This document shows, one piece after another, positions 28,273 to 37,401 of a stretch of 55,174 bases of DNA (positions are counted from its first letter, which is position 1; every line of letters starts with the position of its first letter). The position numbers and the translations under genes are program-made. Source of the stretch: Flavobacteriales bacterium (GTDB lineage: Bacteria; Bacteroidota; Bacteroidia; Flavobacteriales; BACL11); assembly GCA_018652335.1 (NCBI GenBank), contig JABICI010000141.1, positions 1 through 55,174 on the forward strand, written 5' to 3'. The notes beneath the pieces are model-generated. The model did no database searches. It saw only the letters and a list, made by a program, of their open reading frames with translations, and was not told where the DNA came from.

Positions 28273-30456
28273 TCAATTTGCAACTTGCGAAATAAAATCA
28301 ATTCTTAGTAATCTAATTTCATTATCATTAAATATATCTTCATCGAATTCTACTCTTGCTTCATCAAAAGAAAAGCCTTCCGTTTCACTGAAAAAATTAT
28401 GTATATCTTGTCTTTCGTCTTCATCAATCATTTCAAAGATTACATGTGATAGATTAAGACGTGTTCCGCCCTCTACAATCTCTTCCATTTCTGTCAGTAA
28501 CTCATCTGTTGAAAGGCCTTTACCGCTTGCTATATCAGCAATAGTAAGCTTTTTATCTAGTGATTGGATAATATAAATCTTGTTTGATGATTTATTTGCA
28601 ACGGATCTAACTGTAATTTCTTCAGGCCTCTCAATTTCATTCTCTTGTACATATTGATGAATTATTTGAATAAATTTTTTGCCATATTTATTAGCTTTTC
28701 CAATACCCACACCTTGTATTTTGGAGAGTTCTTCAATCGTAATTGGATATTGATTTGCCATATCTACAAGTGATGGCTCTGTAAAAATGATTGCTGGAGG
28801 CAGATTAATTTCTTTTGCTAGTTTCTTTCTTGTATCTTTTAAGATAGAGAACATTAATTCATCTGCAGCAGTACCTTTTTGTGAAGATATAGCTGTAGTT
28901 TTGTTCTGTTCATAGTCATGATCTTCTGTAATTAACAGACTGTACGGTTTGCTTATAAATTTCTCACCATCATTTGTCAGTTTCAGTATTCCGTAGCTTT
29001 CAATTTCTTTTGTAATAAGTTTTTTTACATATGCTTGCCTAATAATTGAATGCCAAAAGGCTGATGGTTTTTCTGATCCTGAACCAAAGACTTCTTCTAG
29101 TTGATTTATATTTTGTTTAATAAGAGAATTACTTTCTCCTACAAGAATTTTTGATATTTCTTTTGGTTTAAACCTTTCTTTTGAACCTTTAATAGCAGTC
29201 AATAGTTTTTGTATAAATAACTTGCCTTCAATTTGAATCTTTGGATCTCTACAATTATCACACATCTTATCACACTTCGATTCATCAAACTCTTCACCAA
29301 AATAATATAATAGGTACTTTCTTCTACAAATCGATGTTTCTGAGAAAGCTATTGTCTCCATAATAAGTAGTCTGCCGACTTCTTGTTCTGCTACGGGTTT
29401 ACCTTGTAAGAATTTTTCAAGTTTTTCAATATCTTTGTAGTCATAAAAAGTAATTAAATCTCCTTTTCCGCCATCTCTGCCTGCCCTGCCTGTTTCTTGA
29501 TAATATCCTTCTAAACTTTTAGGAATATCATGATGTATTACATATCTTATATCTGGTTTGTCTATTCCCATACCAAAAGCGATAGTTGCAACAATAACTG
29601 CACAATCATCCATTAGAAATGCCTCTTGGTTTTCTACTCTTTTTTTTGGATCTAATCCAGCATGATATGGTAGAGCATTTATTCCATTAATTTGCAATAT
29701 TTCTGCAATTTCTTCTACTTTTTTTCTACTTAGACAGTAGATGACCCCTGACTCTCCTTTTCTAGTTTGTATATATTGTATAATTTGCTTTGCAACATCT
29801 TTTTTAGGTTTTATTTCATAGAAAAGATTACTTCTGTTAAAAGAGTCAAGGAAAAGTTTTCCCGAACTAATTTGAAGATTTTTCATTATATCTTGGCGAA
29901 CCTTTGGTGTTGCTGTAGCTGTCAAGGCTATAATTGGCGCTGAATAAATTGAATCTATTATATTTTTTAGCTTTCTGTATTCTGGTCTAAAATCATGACC
30001 CCATTCAGATATACAGTGAGCTTCATCTATTGCATAAAATGAGATTTTGGTAGTTTTAAAAAAAGCTATATTTTCTGATTTAACTAAAGACTCTGGTGCG
30101 ACGTATAAAAGCTTAGTAATTCCGTTTGAAATATCATTTTTAACTGTTGCTGTTTGTGTTTTTGTTAAAGAAGAATTTAAAACGTGTGCGATACTATCAT
30201 TCTTATAATACCCTCTTAGAACATCAACTTGATTTTTCATTAAAGCAATTAATGGAGATACTATAATTGCACATCCATCTGATATTAATGCAGGTAGCTG
30301 ATAACACATAGATTTTCCTCCTCCGGTAGGCATTATTACCATAGAATCATTTCCTTTTAGGAGATTGTTTATTATTTCTTCTTGATCTCCTCTAAAGTGA
30401 TCGTATCCAAATATATCTTTAAGGTTTTTGTGTAGTGTTGCTGTTGAAATGCTCAT
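28273..30456 (-). CDS. recQ: ATP-dependent DNA helicase RecQ
   Basis: 727 aa with MPTGGGKS, IDEAHCISEWGHDFRPEY (DEAH), a Zn-binding Cys cluster (CDKMCDNC) and RQC plus HRDC-like C-terminal regions. Confidence 0.93.
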   Translation of the reverse strand: MSISTATLHKNLKDIFGYDHFRGDQEEIINNLLKGNDSMVIMPTGGGKSMCYQLPALISDGCAIIVSPLIALMKNQVDVLRGYYKNDSIAHVLNSSLTKTQTATVKNDISNGITKLLYVAPESLVKSENIAFFKTTKISFYAIDEAHCISEWGHDFRPEYRKLKNIIDSIYSAPIIALTATATPKVRQDIMKNLQISSGKLFLDSFNRSNLFYEIKPKKDVAKQIIQYIQTRKGESGVIYCLSRKKVEEIAEILQINGINALPYHAGLDPKKRVENQEAFLMDDCAVIVATIAFGMGIDKPDIRYVIHHDIPKSLEGYYQETGRAGRDGGKGDLITFYDYKDIEKLEKFLQGKPVAEQEVGRLLIMETIAFSETSICRRKYLLYYFGEEFDESKCDKMCDNCRDPKIQIEGKLFIQKLLTAIKGSKERFKPKEISKILVGESNSLIKQNINQLEEVFGSGSEKPSAFWHSIIRQAYVKKLITKEIESYGILKLTNDGEKFISKPYSLLITEDHDYEQNKTTAISSQKGTAADELMFSILKDTRKKLAKEINLPPAIIFTEPSLVDMANQYPITIEELSKIQGVGIGKANKYGKKFIQIIHQYVQENEIERPEEITVRSVANKSSNKIYIIQSLDKKLTIADIASGKGLSTDELLTEMEEIVEGGTRLNLSHVIFEMIDEDERQDIHNFFSETEGFSFDEARVEFDEDIFNDNEIRLLRIDFISQVAN

Positions 30457-30473
30457 TAATAATAAAAATGTGA

Positions 30474-30481
30474 TACTTTTG
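30474..30481 (+). promoter_or_regulatory. -7 promoter box (TACTTTTG) for the kdsD-tatC-lptB operon
   Basis: Exact TAnnTTTG match 37 nt upstream of ATG 30519. Confidence 0.4.
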
Positions 30482-30518
30482 TTGATAGATATACGTACGA
30501 ATATACTACTTTATTTTA

Positions 30519-31484
30519 ATGAATTCAATAGCCGATATAAAAAAAATAGCAAAAGAAACAATTGCAACAGAGTTAGCTGCTGTTTCTAACTTAGATAATA
30601 GAATTAATAATGATTTTGTTTCTGTGGTAAAACTAATATTTGAGTCAAAGGGAAGATTAATTATTACTGCCATAGGAAAGAGCGCAAATATTTCTAACAA
30701 GCTTGTAGCTACATTTAATTCAACAGGACAACCATCAATTTTTTTACATGCTTCTGAAGCAATTCATGGAGATTTAGGTAATATACAAAGAGATGATATA
30801 GTAATGTTTATCTCTAACAGTGGAAATACTTCTGAAATTAAAGCTTTAATTCCATACATTAAAAAAATGGGAAATCCAATCGTTTCTTTAACAGGTAACC
30901 TTAATTCATTTTTAGCATCCTCTTCTAAATATACAATTGATGTAAGTGTAGAGAAAGAAGCTTGTCCTAATAATTTAGCGCCCACATCATCAACAACAGC
31001 TCAATTAGTTATGGGAGATGCTATTGCTGTAGCGTTATTAAAATGTAAAAAATTTTCGAATAAAGATTTTGCTCGATTTCATCCAGGAGGATCCTTAGGA
31101 AAAAGATTACATTTGACTTTGTTTGATTTGTCATTAGAAATCACAATGCCTGCAGTTAAAAGTGATGCAAAAATTAGCGAAGTAATTCTGACAATTTCTA
31201 AAAATAGAGTTGGAGCCACTGCTGTTTTAGATAATAATAAAATAGTAGGGATAATTACTGATGGAGATTTAAGAAGAATGTTGTCAAAAAAGCTTAATCT
31301 TTTTACAATTGCAGCAAAAGATATTATGAATTCAAAGCCTAAGAAAATTGCTGTATCAGAACTAGCTGTTAATGCTTTAAAAATTATGGAAGAAAATAAT
31401 ATTAGTCAATTAATTGTTATGGATAACAAAAAATATCTAGGCATTATACATATGCAGACATTATTAAAAGAAGGCTTAATTTAA
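30519..31484 (+). CDS. kdsD: KpsF/GutQ-family arabinose-5-phosphate isomerase (SIS domain plus CBS pair)
   Basis: 321 aa with a SIS domain (GRLIITAIGKSANI...SNSGNTSE), two C-terminal CBS motifs and an lptB neighbour. Confidence 0.85.
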   Translation: MNSIADIKKIAKETIATELAAVSNLDNRINNDFVSVVKLIFESKGRLIITAIGKSANISNKLVATFNSTGQPSIFLHASEAIHGDLGNIQRDDIVMFISNSGNTSEIKALIPYIKKMGNPIVSLTGNLNSFLASSSKYTIDVSVEKEACPNNLAPTSSTTAQLVMGDAIAVALLKCKKFSNKDFARFHPGGSLGKRLHLTLFDLSLEITMPAVKSDAKISEVILTISKNRVGATAVLDNNKIVGIITDGDLRRMLSKKLNLFTIAAKDIMNSKPKKIAVSELAVNALKIMEENNISQLIVMDNKKYLGIIHMQTLLKEGLI

Positions 31485-31485
31485 A

Positions 31486-32292
31486 ATGACTGATAAAGAT
31501 AAAGAAATGTCATTTCTAGACCATCTTGAGGTGTTTAGATGGCACCTTATAAGAGCTGCTGTAGCAATTTTATTCTTCACAATTATTGCGTTTATTTATA
31601 AAGATATAGTTTTTGATGTTATTCTATTAGGTCCAAAAAGAACTGATTTTTTAACATATAGAATTTTATGTGAAATCTCTCAATATTTAGGTCTGGGAGA
31701 TGCGCTTTGTCTAAGGGATTCTCCTTTTAGTTTGATGAATATTAGTATGAGTGGACAGTTTTCAACTCATATTACAACATCTATTTTTGCAGGATTTATT
31801 ATTGCGTTTCCGTATGTTTTATGGGAGATTTGGAGATTCATTAGTCCTGCACTTCATTCAAATGAGAATTCTATGGCAAAAGGTGTAGTTTTTTTTAGCT
31901 CAATTTTATTTTTGATTGGAATATTATTTGGATATTATGTTATCGCGCCACTTTCAATAAACTTTTTAGGTTCGTATCAGGTTAGTAGTTCTGTTGCAAA
32001 TCAAATAAATCTTTCATCATTTGTATCTACAGTAACTACCGTAAGTTTTGCTAATGGTATTATTTTTGAATTGCCTATTTTGGTTTACTTTCTTACAAAA
32101 ATTGGTTTGTTAACTCCTGACTTTATGCGAGTATATAGAAAACATTCAATGGTTGTTATCTTGATTTTATCAGCAATAATTACACCTCCTGATATAACGT
32201 CTCAAGTTTTAGTTTCATTACCACTTATTATATTATATGAGTTTAGCATTAAGATTTCTGAACGAGTTATTAAAAATCAAGAAAATATATAG
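31486..32292 (+). CDS. tatC: Twin-arginine translocase subunit TatC
   Basis: 268 aa with six TM helices and the N-terminal [16 protein letters not shown] motif typical of TatC. Confidence 0.9.
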   Translation: MTDKDKEMSFLDHLEVFRWHLIRAAVAILFFTIIAFIYKDIVFDVILLGPKRTDFLTYRILCEISQYLGLGDALCLRDSPFSLMNISMSGQFSTHITTSIFAGFIIAFPYVLWEIWRFISPALHSNENSMAKGVVFFSSILFLIGILFGYYVIAPLSINFLGSYQVSSSVANQINLSSFVSTVTTVSFANGIIFELPILVYFLTKIGLLTPDFMRVYRKHSMVVILILSAIITPPDITSQVLVSLPLIILYEFSIKISERVIKNQENI

Positions 32293-32294
32293 AG

Positions 32295-33020
32295 ATGATA
32301 TTAAAATCAAAAAAAATAGTAAAGTTATATGGTAAAAAAGAGGTGGTAAAACAAGTTTCAATAGAGGTTAATCAAGGAGAAATTGTTGGATTACTTGGAC
32401 CTAATGGAGCAGGAAAAACAACAACATTTTATATCATGGTTGGCTTAGTTAAACCAAATGAGGGTAGTGTTTTTTTAGATAACAATGAGATTACTAATCT
32501 GCCAATGTACAAAAGAGCTCAAATGGGAATTGGATATTTAGCTCAAGAGGCTTCAGTATTTAGATCAATGACAGTTGAGGATAACATTTTATCAGTGCTT
32601 GAAATGACTAGCTTAAGTAAATCAAAACAACATAAAAAATGCGAATCATTATTAAATGAGTTTGGTTTGCAACATATTAAAAAAAATATAGGCTCACTTT
32701 TGTCGGGAGGTGAGAGGAGAAGGACTGAAATTGCAAGAGCTCTTGCAACAAATCCTAAGTTTATCTTACTTGATGAGCCCTTTGCAGGAGTCGACCCTAT
32801 TGCTGTTGAAGATATCCAGATGATCGTTTCAAAGCTAAAGAATAGAAATATAGGTATTTTAATTACGGATCATAATGTACATGAAACTCTAAAGATAACT
32901 GACAGGGCATATTTACTATATGAGGGGAGTGTTCTTAAACAAGGTACGGCAGATGAACTTGCTTCTGATGAGAGGGTACGTAAGTTGTATCTAGGAGAAA
33001 ATTTTGAGCTCAGAATTTAA
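32295..33020 (+). CDS. lptB: LPS export ABC transporter ATP-binding protein LptB
   Basis: 241 aa with [28 protein letters not shown] and the C-terminal [10 protein letters not shown] motif typical of LptB. Confidence 0.9.
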   Translation: MILKSKKIVKLYGKKEVVKQVSIEVNQGEIVGLLGPNGAGKTTTFYIMVGLVKPNEGSVFLDNNEITNLPMYKRAQMGIGYLAQEASVFRSMTVEDNILSVLEMTSLSKSKQHKKCESLLNEFGLQHIKKNIGSLLSGGERRRTEIARALATNPKFILLDEPFAGVDPIAVEDIQMIVSKLKNRNIGILITDHNVHETLKITDRAYLLYEGSVLKQGTADELASDERVRKLYLGENFELRI

Positions 33021-33031
33021 CTATATTTTTT
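32999..33031 (+). terminator. Weak hairpin straddling the lptB stop codon (AAAUUUUG-AGCU-CAGAAUUU) followed 7 nt later by a T6 run
   Basis: Read directly: an 8-bp A/U-rich stem (one G-U pair) at 32999..33018 and a T-run at 33026..33031, which lies inside the purS 3' codons. Non-canonical spacing, so low confidence. Confidence 0.25.
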
Positions 33032-33272
33032 CTAATTTAAATTCAAATGATTCCATAATTTGATTACAAAGCATTTTTTCACAAGCTTCATTAACTTTTT
33101 TTGATGCAATTTCTTTTGTTTGTGCTTCAATTTCTAAAGAAATGTGTTTACCTATTCTAACGTTTTTAATTTCTGATAAATTAATATTTGTCATACTTGA
33201 ACTTACAGCCTTACCCTGAGGGTCAAGTAATGATTTGTGAGGCATAACATTTATTTCAGCAATGAATTTCAT
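33021..33272 (-). CDS. purS: Phosphoribosylformylglycinamidine synthase subunit PurS
   Basis: 83 aa with the PurS-like V.P...LLDPQGKAV motif. The stop abuts the lptB stop with zero gap. Confidence 0.85.
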   Translation of the reverse strand: MKFIAEINVMPHKSLLDPQGKAVSSSMTNINLSEIKNVRIGKHISLEIEAQTKEIASKKVNEACEKMLCNQIMESFEFKLEKI

Positions 33273-33997
33273 ATTTTAGTTAAATTATTTATTAATGATA
33301 AAGTTAGGTATAAAATTACAATAAAAGGTATAGCAGCAAACTGAAATATGAAGAATAATATAGCCGTTGATAAAATAAGTGTAATCCTAAATACATTCAA
33401 TCGAGAAATTCTCTTTTCAGTTTTACTGAGTTTAAATGAAAAAAGTGGCATCTTTATCACTAAAAGTATTGGCATTATTACTGAAATTATTGATAAGAAT
33501 ATTATGTCAGAGAACATTGGAAATTGCTCAAAATTAATATTTGGAATTGCGGCTATAAATATAGCTAATGCAGGAACAGGAAGCCCAATAAATGAAGTGG
33601 TTTGTCTTGTGTCAATATTAAATTTAGCTAATCTATATGCTGAAAAAAGTGGAATTAAAAGTGCTAATGTTGCTGGTAGTAAAATTACGTTATTACTCAT
33701 TGAATGACGAAAAACAATGCCATTACTAATATAAAACATAAAATGAAATAAAAGAAATCCTGGCGCCACACCAAATGTAACAATATCTGCCATAGAATCT
33801 AATTGTTTTCCTAGCTCACCACTAACTTTTAGTAGACGAGCAGCAAGGCCATCAAAAAAATCAAGAAAAGCACCAGTAAAAATGAATAATGATGCTAATT
33901 CCAAACTGCCTTGAAAAGCAAAAATAATTGAGAAAAGCCCACATGTTAGATTTGTTAGAGTAATGAAATTTGGGAAAATCCTTTTTAATGTATTCAT
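33269..33997 (-). CDS. pssA: CDP-diacylglycerol--serine O-phosphatidyltransferase (CDP-alcohol phosphatidyltransferase family)
   Basis: 242-aa membrane ORF with DFFDGLAARLLKVSGELGKQLDSMADIV, which matches the D-G-x2-A-R-x8-G-x3-D-x3-D signature. Confidence 0.85.
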   Translation of the reverse strand: MNTLKRIFPNFITLTNLTCGLFSIIFAFQGSLELASLFIFTGAFLDFFDGLAARLLKVSGELGKQLDSMADIVTFGVAPGFLLFHFMFYISNGIVFRHSMSNNVILLPATLALLIPLFSAYRLAKFNIDTRQTTSFIGLPVPALAIFIAAIPNINFEQFPMFSDIIFLSIISVIMPILLVIKMPLFSFKLSKTEKRISRLNVFRITLILSTAILFFIFQFAAIPFIVILYLTLSLINNLTKI

Positions 33998-34002
33998 ATT
34001 GG

Positions 34003-34010
34003 CAAAAATA
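34003..34010 (-). promoter_or_regulatory. -7 promoter box (TATTTTTG on the minus strand) for pssA-purS
   Basis: Plus-strand CAAAAATA, only 5 nt from the pssA ATG (33997). It overlaps the first ATG of the ORF-track lnt model. Confidence 0.4.
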
Positions 34011-34030
34011 TGATAATATTTGTAACTTCT

Positions 34031-35572
34031 ATGAGAAAACTATTTTTAGCTTTGTTAAGTGGATTGCTTTTTGCATTATCTTGGCCATCGACTGGCTTTT
34101 TTCCTTTGATCTTTTTTGCGTTTATACCCCTTCTTATATTAGAGAAAGAATCTAAAAATGGAAGTCAAGTATTTTGGTACTCATTTTTCGCTTTTTTTTT
34201 ATTTAATATTATAACTACTTACTGGATTTATCATGCTACTATTGTTGGAGCTATTATTGCGTTTATTATAAATTCTACTTTAATGGCATTTTCTTTTTGG
34301 TTATTTCACAAAATAAAAACAATTACAAAAGAAAAATTAGGGTATTTCTCATTGATTGTATTGTGGATATCTATGGAGTATCTGCATTTAAATTGGGATT
34401 TATCATGGCCCTGGCTAACTCTAGGAAATGTATTCGCAACCAATCCTTACATTATTCAGTGGTATGAATTTACTGGTTTTTTAGGTGGTACATTATGGGT
34501 AATACTTGTTAATCTTTTATTATATGGTATTTATCGACTTTATACTATTTATCGCCTATTACTAACTGTTTGTATAGTTTTATTTCCTGTTTTCTTATCT
34601 CTTTATATATATTTTAGTCATGATTATAGAGAAGATAATGCAGTTGAAGTTGTAATTGTCCAGCCTAATGTTGATCCATATTTAGAAAAGTTTGATTTAG
34701 CACATGATCTTCAGCTTAACAATTTTATAGTGCTTGCTGAATCTGTAGTTACCAAAGAAACTGAACTTCTAGTTGGTCCTGAAACTGCACTAATTGAAGG
34801 GATATGGGAGAATCAAAACAATAATTATGATAAAATTCAAAGTATATCTAAACTAAAAGATTTTCAAGCTAAGTATCCAAGATTAAATATCGTGATAGGT
34901 GCTACTTCATACAAATTGTTTAAAAGTAGTGATAAGAAATCAAATACTGCAAGAGAAATAATTAATGAGAATATTTTTTATGATGCCTATAATTCTGCTT
35001 TTTTTTTGAATAAAAATGGTGATATTGAAGTTTATCATAAGACAAAACTAGTTCCTGGAGTTGAAAAAATGCCATTTCCTAAAATGTTAGATCCATTAGC
35101 GAAACTAGCTGTTGATCTTGGTGGAACTAGTGGCTCATTGGCAAGTGATAATTATCTCAATTTATTTAAATTTAGTCGAGTTAAGATTTCTCCTCTTATT
35201 TGCTATGAAAGTGTTTATGGTGAGATGATTCCATCAGAAAAAAATTTAATTACTATAATTACTAATGATGGGTGGTGGAAAAATACAGCTGGATATAAAC
35301 AGCATCTTGTTTATGCTACATTGCGAGCAATTGAACAAAGAAAATTCGTTGTGCGTTCTGCTAACACAGGTATATCAGCAGTAGTTAACTCAAGAGGTGA
35401 TATAGTTAAACAATCAGAATGGAATGAAGCAGTATGTTTATCATCAAAAGTTCAGTTAAATAATAGTATTACATTTTACAATAGATTCGGTGATTACATT
35501 GGTAGGCTATCAGCTTTTGTTGCTATTATCCTTTTAGCTTTATCTTATGTAAAGAGTAAGTTGAATACTTAG
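34031..35572 (+). CDS. lnt: Apolipoprotein N-acyltransferase
   Basis: Polytopic N-terminal domain plus a C-terminal CN-hydrolase domain, with Glu (VQPNVDP region), Lys (YHKTKLVPGVE) and Cys (LICYES). I prefer ATG 34031 (MRKLFLALLSG...) over the ORF-track 34010, because the pssA -7 box covers 34003..34010. Confidence 0.88.
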   Translation: MRKLFLALLSGLLFALSWPSTGFFPLIFFAFIPLLILEKESKNGSQVFWYSFFAFFLFNIITTYWIYHATIVGAIIAFIINSTLMAFSFWLFHKIKTITKEKLGYFSLIVLWISMEYLHLNWDLSWPWLTLGNVFATNPYIIQWYEFTGFLGGTLWVILVNLLLYGIYRLYTIYRLLLTVCIVLFPVFLSLYIYFSHDYREDNAVEVVIVQPNVDPYLEKFDLAHDLQLNNFIVLAESVVTKETELLVGPETALIEGIWENQNNNYDKIQSISKLKDFQAKYPRLNIVIGATSYKLFKSSDKKSNTAREIINENIFYDAYNSAFFLNKNGDIEVYHKTKLVPGVEKMPFPKMLDPLAKLAVDLGGTSGSLASDNYLNLFKFSRVKISPLICYESVYGEMIPSEKNLITIITNDGWWKNTAGYKQHLVYATLRAIEQRKFVVRSANTGISAVVNSRGDIVKQSEWNEAVCLSSKVQLNNSITFYNRFGDYIGRLSAFVAIILLALSYVKSKLNT

Positions 35573-35573
35573 T

Positions 35574-36344
35574 TTATTTTAAGTTTAATGGAATAAAACA
35601 AACAGGAATTTCTTTTATCTTATGCTGGTTTACTCTATTTAAGTTTCTATAGATATTTAGAACTTCTTTTTCTCTTTTTTCTAATAGATTAAAATCTCCT
35701 TCAAAGCTCATTGCCCACTCTAGTTCTGGATAAGTTGCGCCAATTTGATCCTCATCAGTCTTATCATTTTCCCAAAGTCCATCTGTAGGAGGGGCGTCTA
35801 TAATATCTTGCGCTATGTTTAGTTCTTTACCAATTGTATAAACTTCAGTTTTTAATAAATCAGCAATAGGACTTATGTCTACACCACCATCACCGTATTT
35901 TGTGAAGAATCCAATTCCAAAATCTTCAACCTTATTTCCTGTTCCTAAAACTAAGGAGTTGTTCGACTGTGCAAAATAATATAGAGTTGTCATTCTAAGT
36001 CTTGCTCTAGTGTTAGCTAGAGCTAAATGGTTGTTCTTGTCTACGTGATTATTTGATATGAATTCATTGTAAACAGAAGTCAGGTCTATAACTATTGATC
36101 TAACATTAGGAAATTCCTTTTTAAGCCAAGCAATATGATTTTTTCCTCTTTTAATTTGTTTAATATTTTGATGAATGGGCATCTCTAAGCAAATTAAAGG
36201 AACTGAGCTGATTGCTGCTAGTGTTGAAGAAACAGCAGAATCAATTCCACCAGAAATACCAATAATAAATCCATCGGAATTACTTTCTTGAATATAATTT
36301 TCCAGCCAGTTTGTGATATGGTTTATTACTAATTTAGTTTTCAT
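35574..36344 (-). CDS. nadE: NH3-dependent NAD+ synthetase
   Basis: SGGIDSAV PP-loop motif. The ORF-track start 36395 would overlap gldB head-to-head. I prefer ATG 36344 (MKTKLVINHITNWLENY...), which has a -7 box 9 nt upstream. Confidence 0.88.
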   Translation of the reverse strand: MKTKLVINHITNWLENYIQESNSDGFIIGISGGIDSAVSSTLAAISSVPLICLEMPIHQNIKQIKRGKNHIAWLKKEFPNVRSIVIDLTSVYNEFISNNHVDKNNHLALANTRARLRMTTLYYFAQSNNSLVLGTGNKVEDFGIGFFTKYGDGGVDISPIADLLKTEVYTIGKELNIAQDIIDAPPTDGLWENDKTDEDQIGATYPELEWAMSFEGDFNLLEKREKEVLNIYRNLNRVNQHKIKEIPVCFIPLNLK

Positions 36345-36353
36345 AATATTTTG

Positions 36354-36361
36354 CAAATGTA
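36354..36361 (-). promoter_or_regulatory. -7 promoter box (TACATTTG on the minus strand) for nadE
   Basis: Plus-strand CAAATGTA, 9 nt upstream of ATG 36344. Confidence 0.4.
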
Positions 36362-36374
36362 AGTCAAATCTTAT

Positions 36375-36382
36375 TACTTTTG
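36375..36382 (+). promoter_or_regulatory. -7 promoter box (TACTTTTG) for gldB-gldC
   Basis: Exact TAnnTTTG match, 4 nt before ATG 36387 and 13 nt from the divergent nadE box. Confidence 0.4.
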
Positions 36383-36386
36383 CTAA

Positions 36387-37400
36387 ATGAAACAACTAGT
36401 TTTTATATTAATGTTATCTATATTTTTATTTGTATTATGGATGATTAAACCAAATGATAGAGTTGATTTAGTTAATGTTACGGTTAATAGATTTGACAAG
36501 TATTTATTTGAGCTTTTTGAGCAGAACAAAATTGAAGATATTAGTTGCTTAGATATGAAATTTGGTTCATTTAATGAGGTTTTTGTCACTCAAATAATGC
36601 AAATTGCTAATGAATATAATGTTCAGCAATGTGACAAAGTGATAAATAAGCTGTATGAATTTACTCAAAATAATGACATGCAAGAAGCATATGATTCAAC
36701 TGCTTTATTATTTAGTGATTTTTCTGATTTAAATGTTGATATAAGTTCTGCATTTACACTCTGTAATAATTATTTTCCAAATTATCCAACTCCAAAAATA
36801 ATTACTTTTTTTGGTGGATTTAATTATGGTGTTGTTTCATACGATGATAATATTGCTATAGGACTTGAAAATTTTTTAGGTTTTAATAGTAAATTTTATA
36901 AATATTTAGGTGATCCTGAATATATCAAATATCAAAAACAAAAGAGATTTATTTTATCAAATGTAATGGAAGTGTGGTTCAATGAGTATTTTTTAAAATA
37001 TTTAGATGGAAGAGATTTGTTGTCACAAATGATTTACAAGGGGAAGATGGTGTATTTTTTAGATGTAATGCTTCCTGATCTATCTCTTAGTAATAAATTA
37101 AGGTATAGTGAAGAGGAGATGAATTGGGTTATTAAAAATGAAGGGGCTATTTGGGAGTATTTTATTAATGAGGACTTACTGTATTCTTCTAGAGAAAATA
37201 AAATTAGATCATATCTCAACTATGCACCATTTTCTAAGGGAATGCCAGATGATGCACCTGCAAGAGTAGCATATTATATTGGTTATAAAATTGTTGAAGA
37301 TTACATGCAAAATAATAAAATTAGCATTCAAGATTTGATTTACTTAGATAATTCAAGAGCCTTTCTTCAAAAATCTAAATATAAACCTAAAAAGCAATAA
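36387..37400 (+). CDS. gldB: Gliding motility protein GldB homologue
   Basis: 337 aa with an N-terminal hydrophobic segment followed by ...VNVTVNRFDKYLFE. GldC follows immediately, in the arrangement known from Flavobacterium johnsoniae, and nadE lies upstream. There is no lipobox Cys (see findings). Confidence 0.75.
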   Translation: MKQLVFILMLSIFLFVLWMIKPNDRVDLVNVTVNRFDKYLFELFEQNKIEDISCLDMKFGSFNEVFVTQIMQIANEYNVQQCDKVINKLYEFTQNNDMQEAYDSTALLFSDFSDLNVDISSAFTLCNNYFPNYPTPKIITFFGGFNYGVVSYDDNIAIGLENFLGFNSKFYKYLGDPEYIKYQKQKRFILSNVMEVWFNEYFLKYLDGRDLLSQMIYKGKMVYFLDVMLPDLSLSNKLRYSEEEMNWVIKNEGAIWEYFINEDLLYSSRENKIRSYLNYAPFSKGMPDDAPARVAYYIGYKIVEDYMQNNKISIQDLIYLDNSRAFLQKSKYKPKKQ

Positions 37401-37401
37401 A

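Noticed and set aside
33348-33707. 119-aa ORF antisense to pssA, and the 61-aa ORF at 33970..34155 overlapping the lnt 5' end
   Set aside because: The pssA frame carries the complete CDP-alcohol phosphatidyltransferase signature, while the antisense frame has no recognisable features. The ORF at 33970..34155 is out of frame with the clearly conserved Lnt N-terminus.
35557-35571. 5-bp hairpin TAAGT-tgaat-ACTTA at the lnt stop codon, as a possible terminator
   Set aside because: The stem is too short and A/U-rich to call. It is mentioned only in the convergent-junction finding.
36345-36395. 17-codon N-terminal extension of nadE that would overlap the gldB start head-to-head
   Set aside because: The extension would bury both -7 boxes inside coding sequence. 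The internal ATG 36344 gives a normal NadE N-terminus with a -7 box 9 nt upstream.
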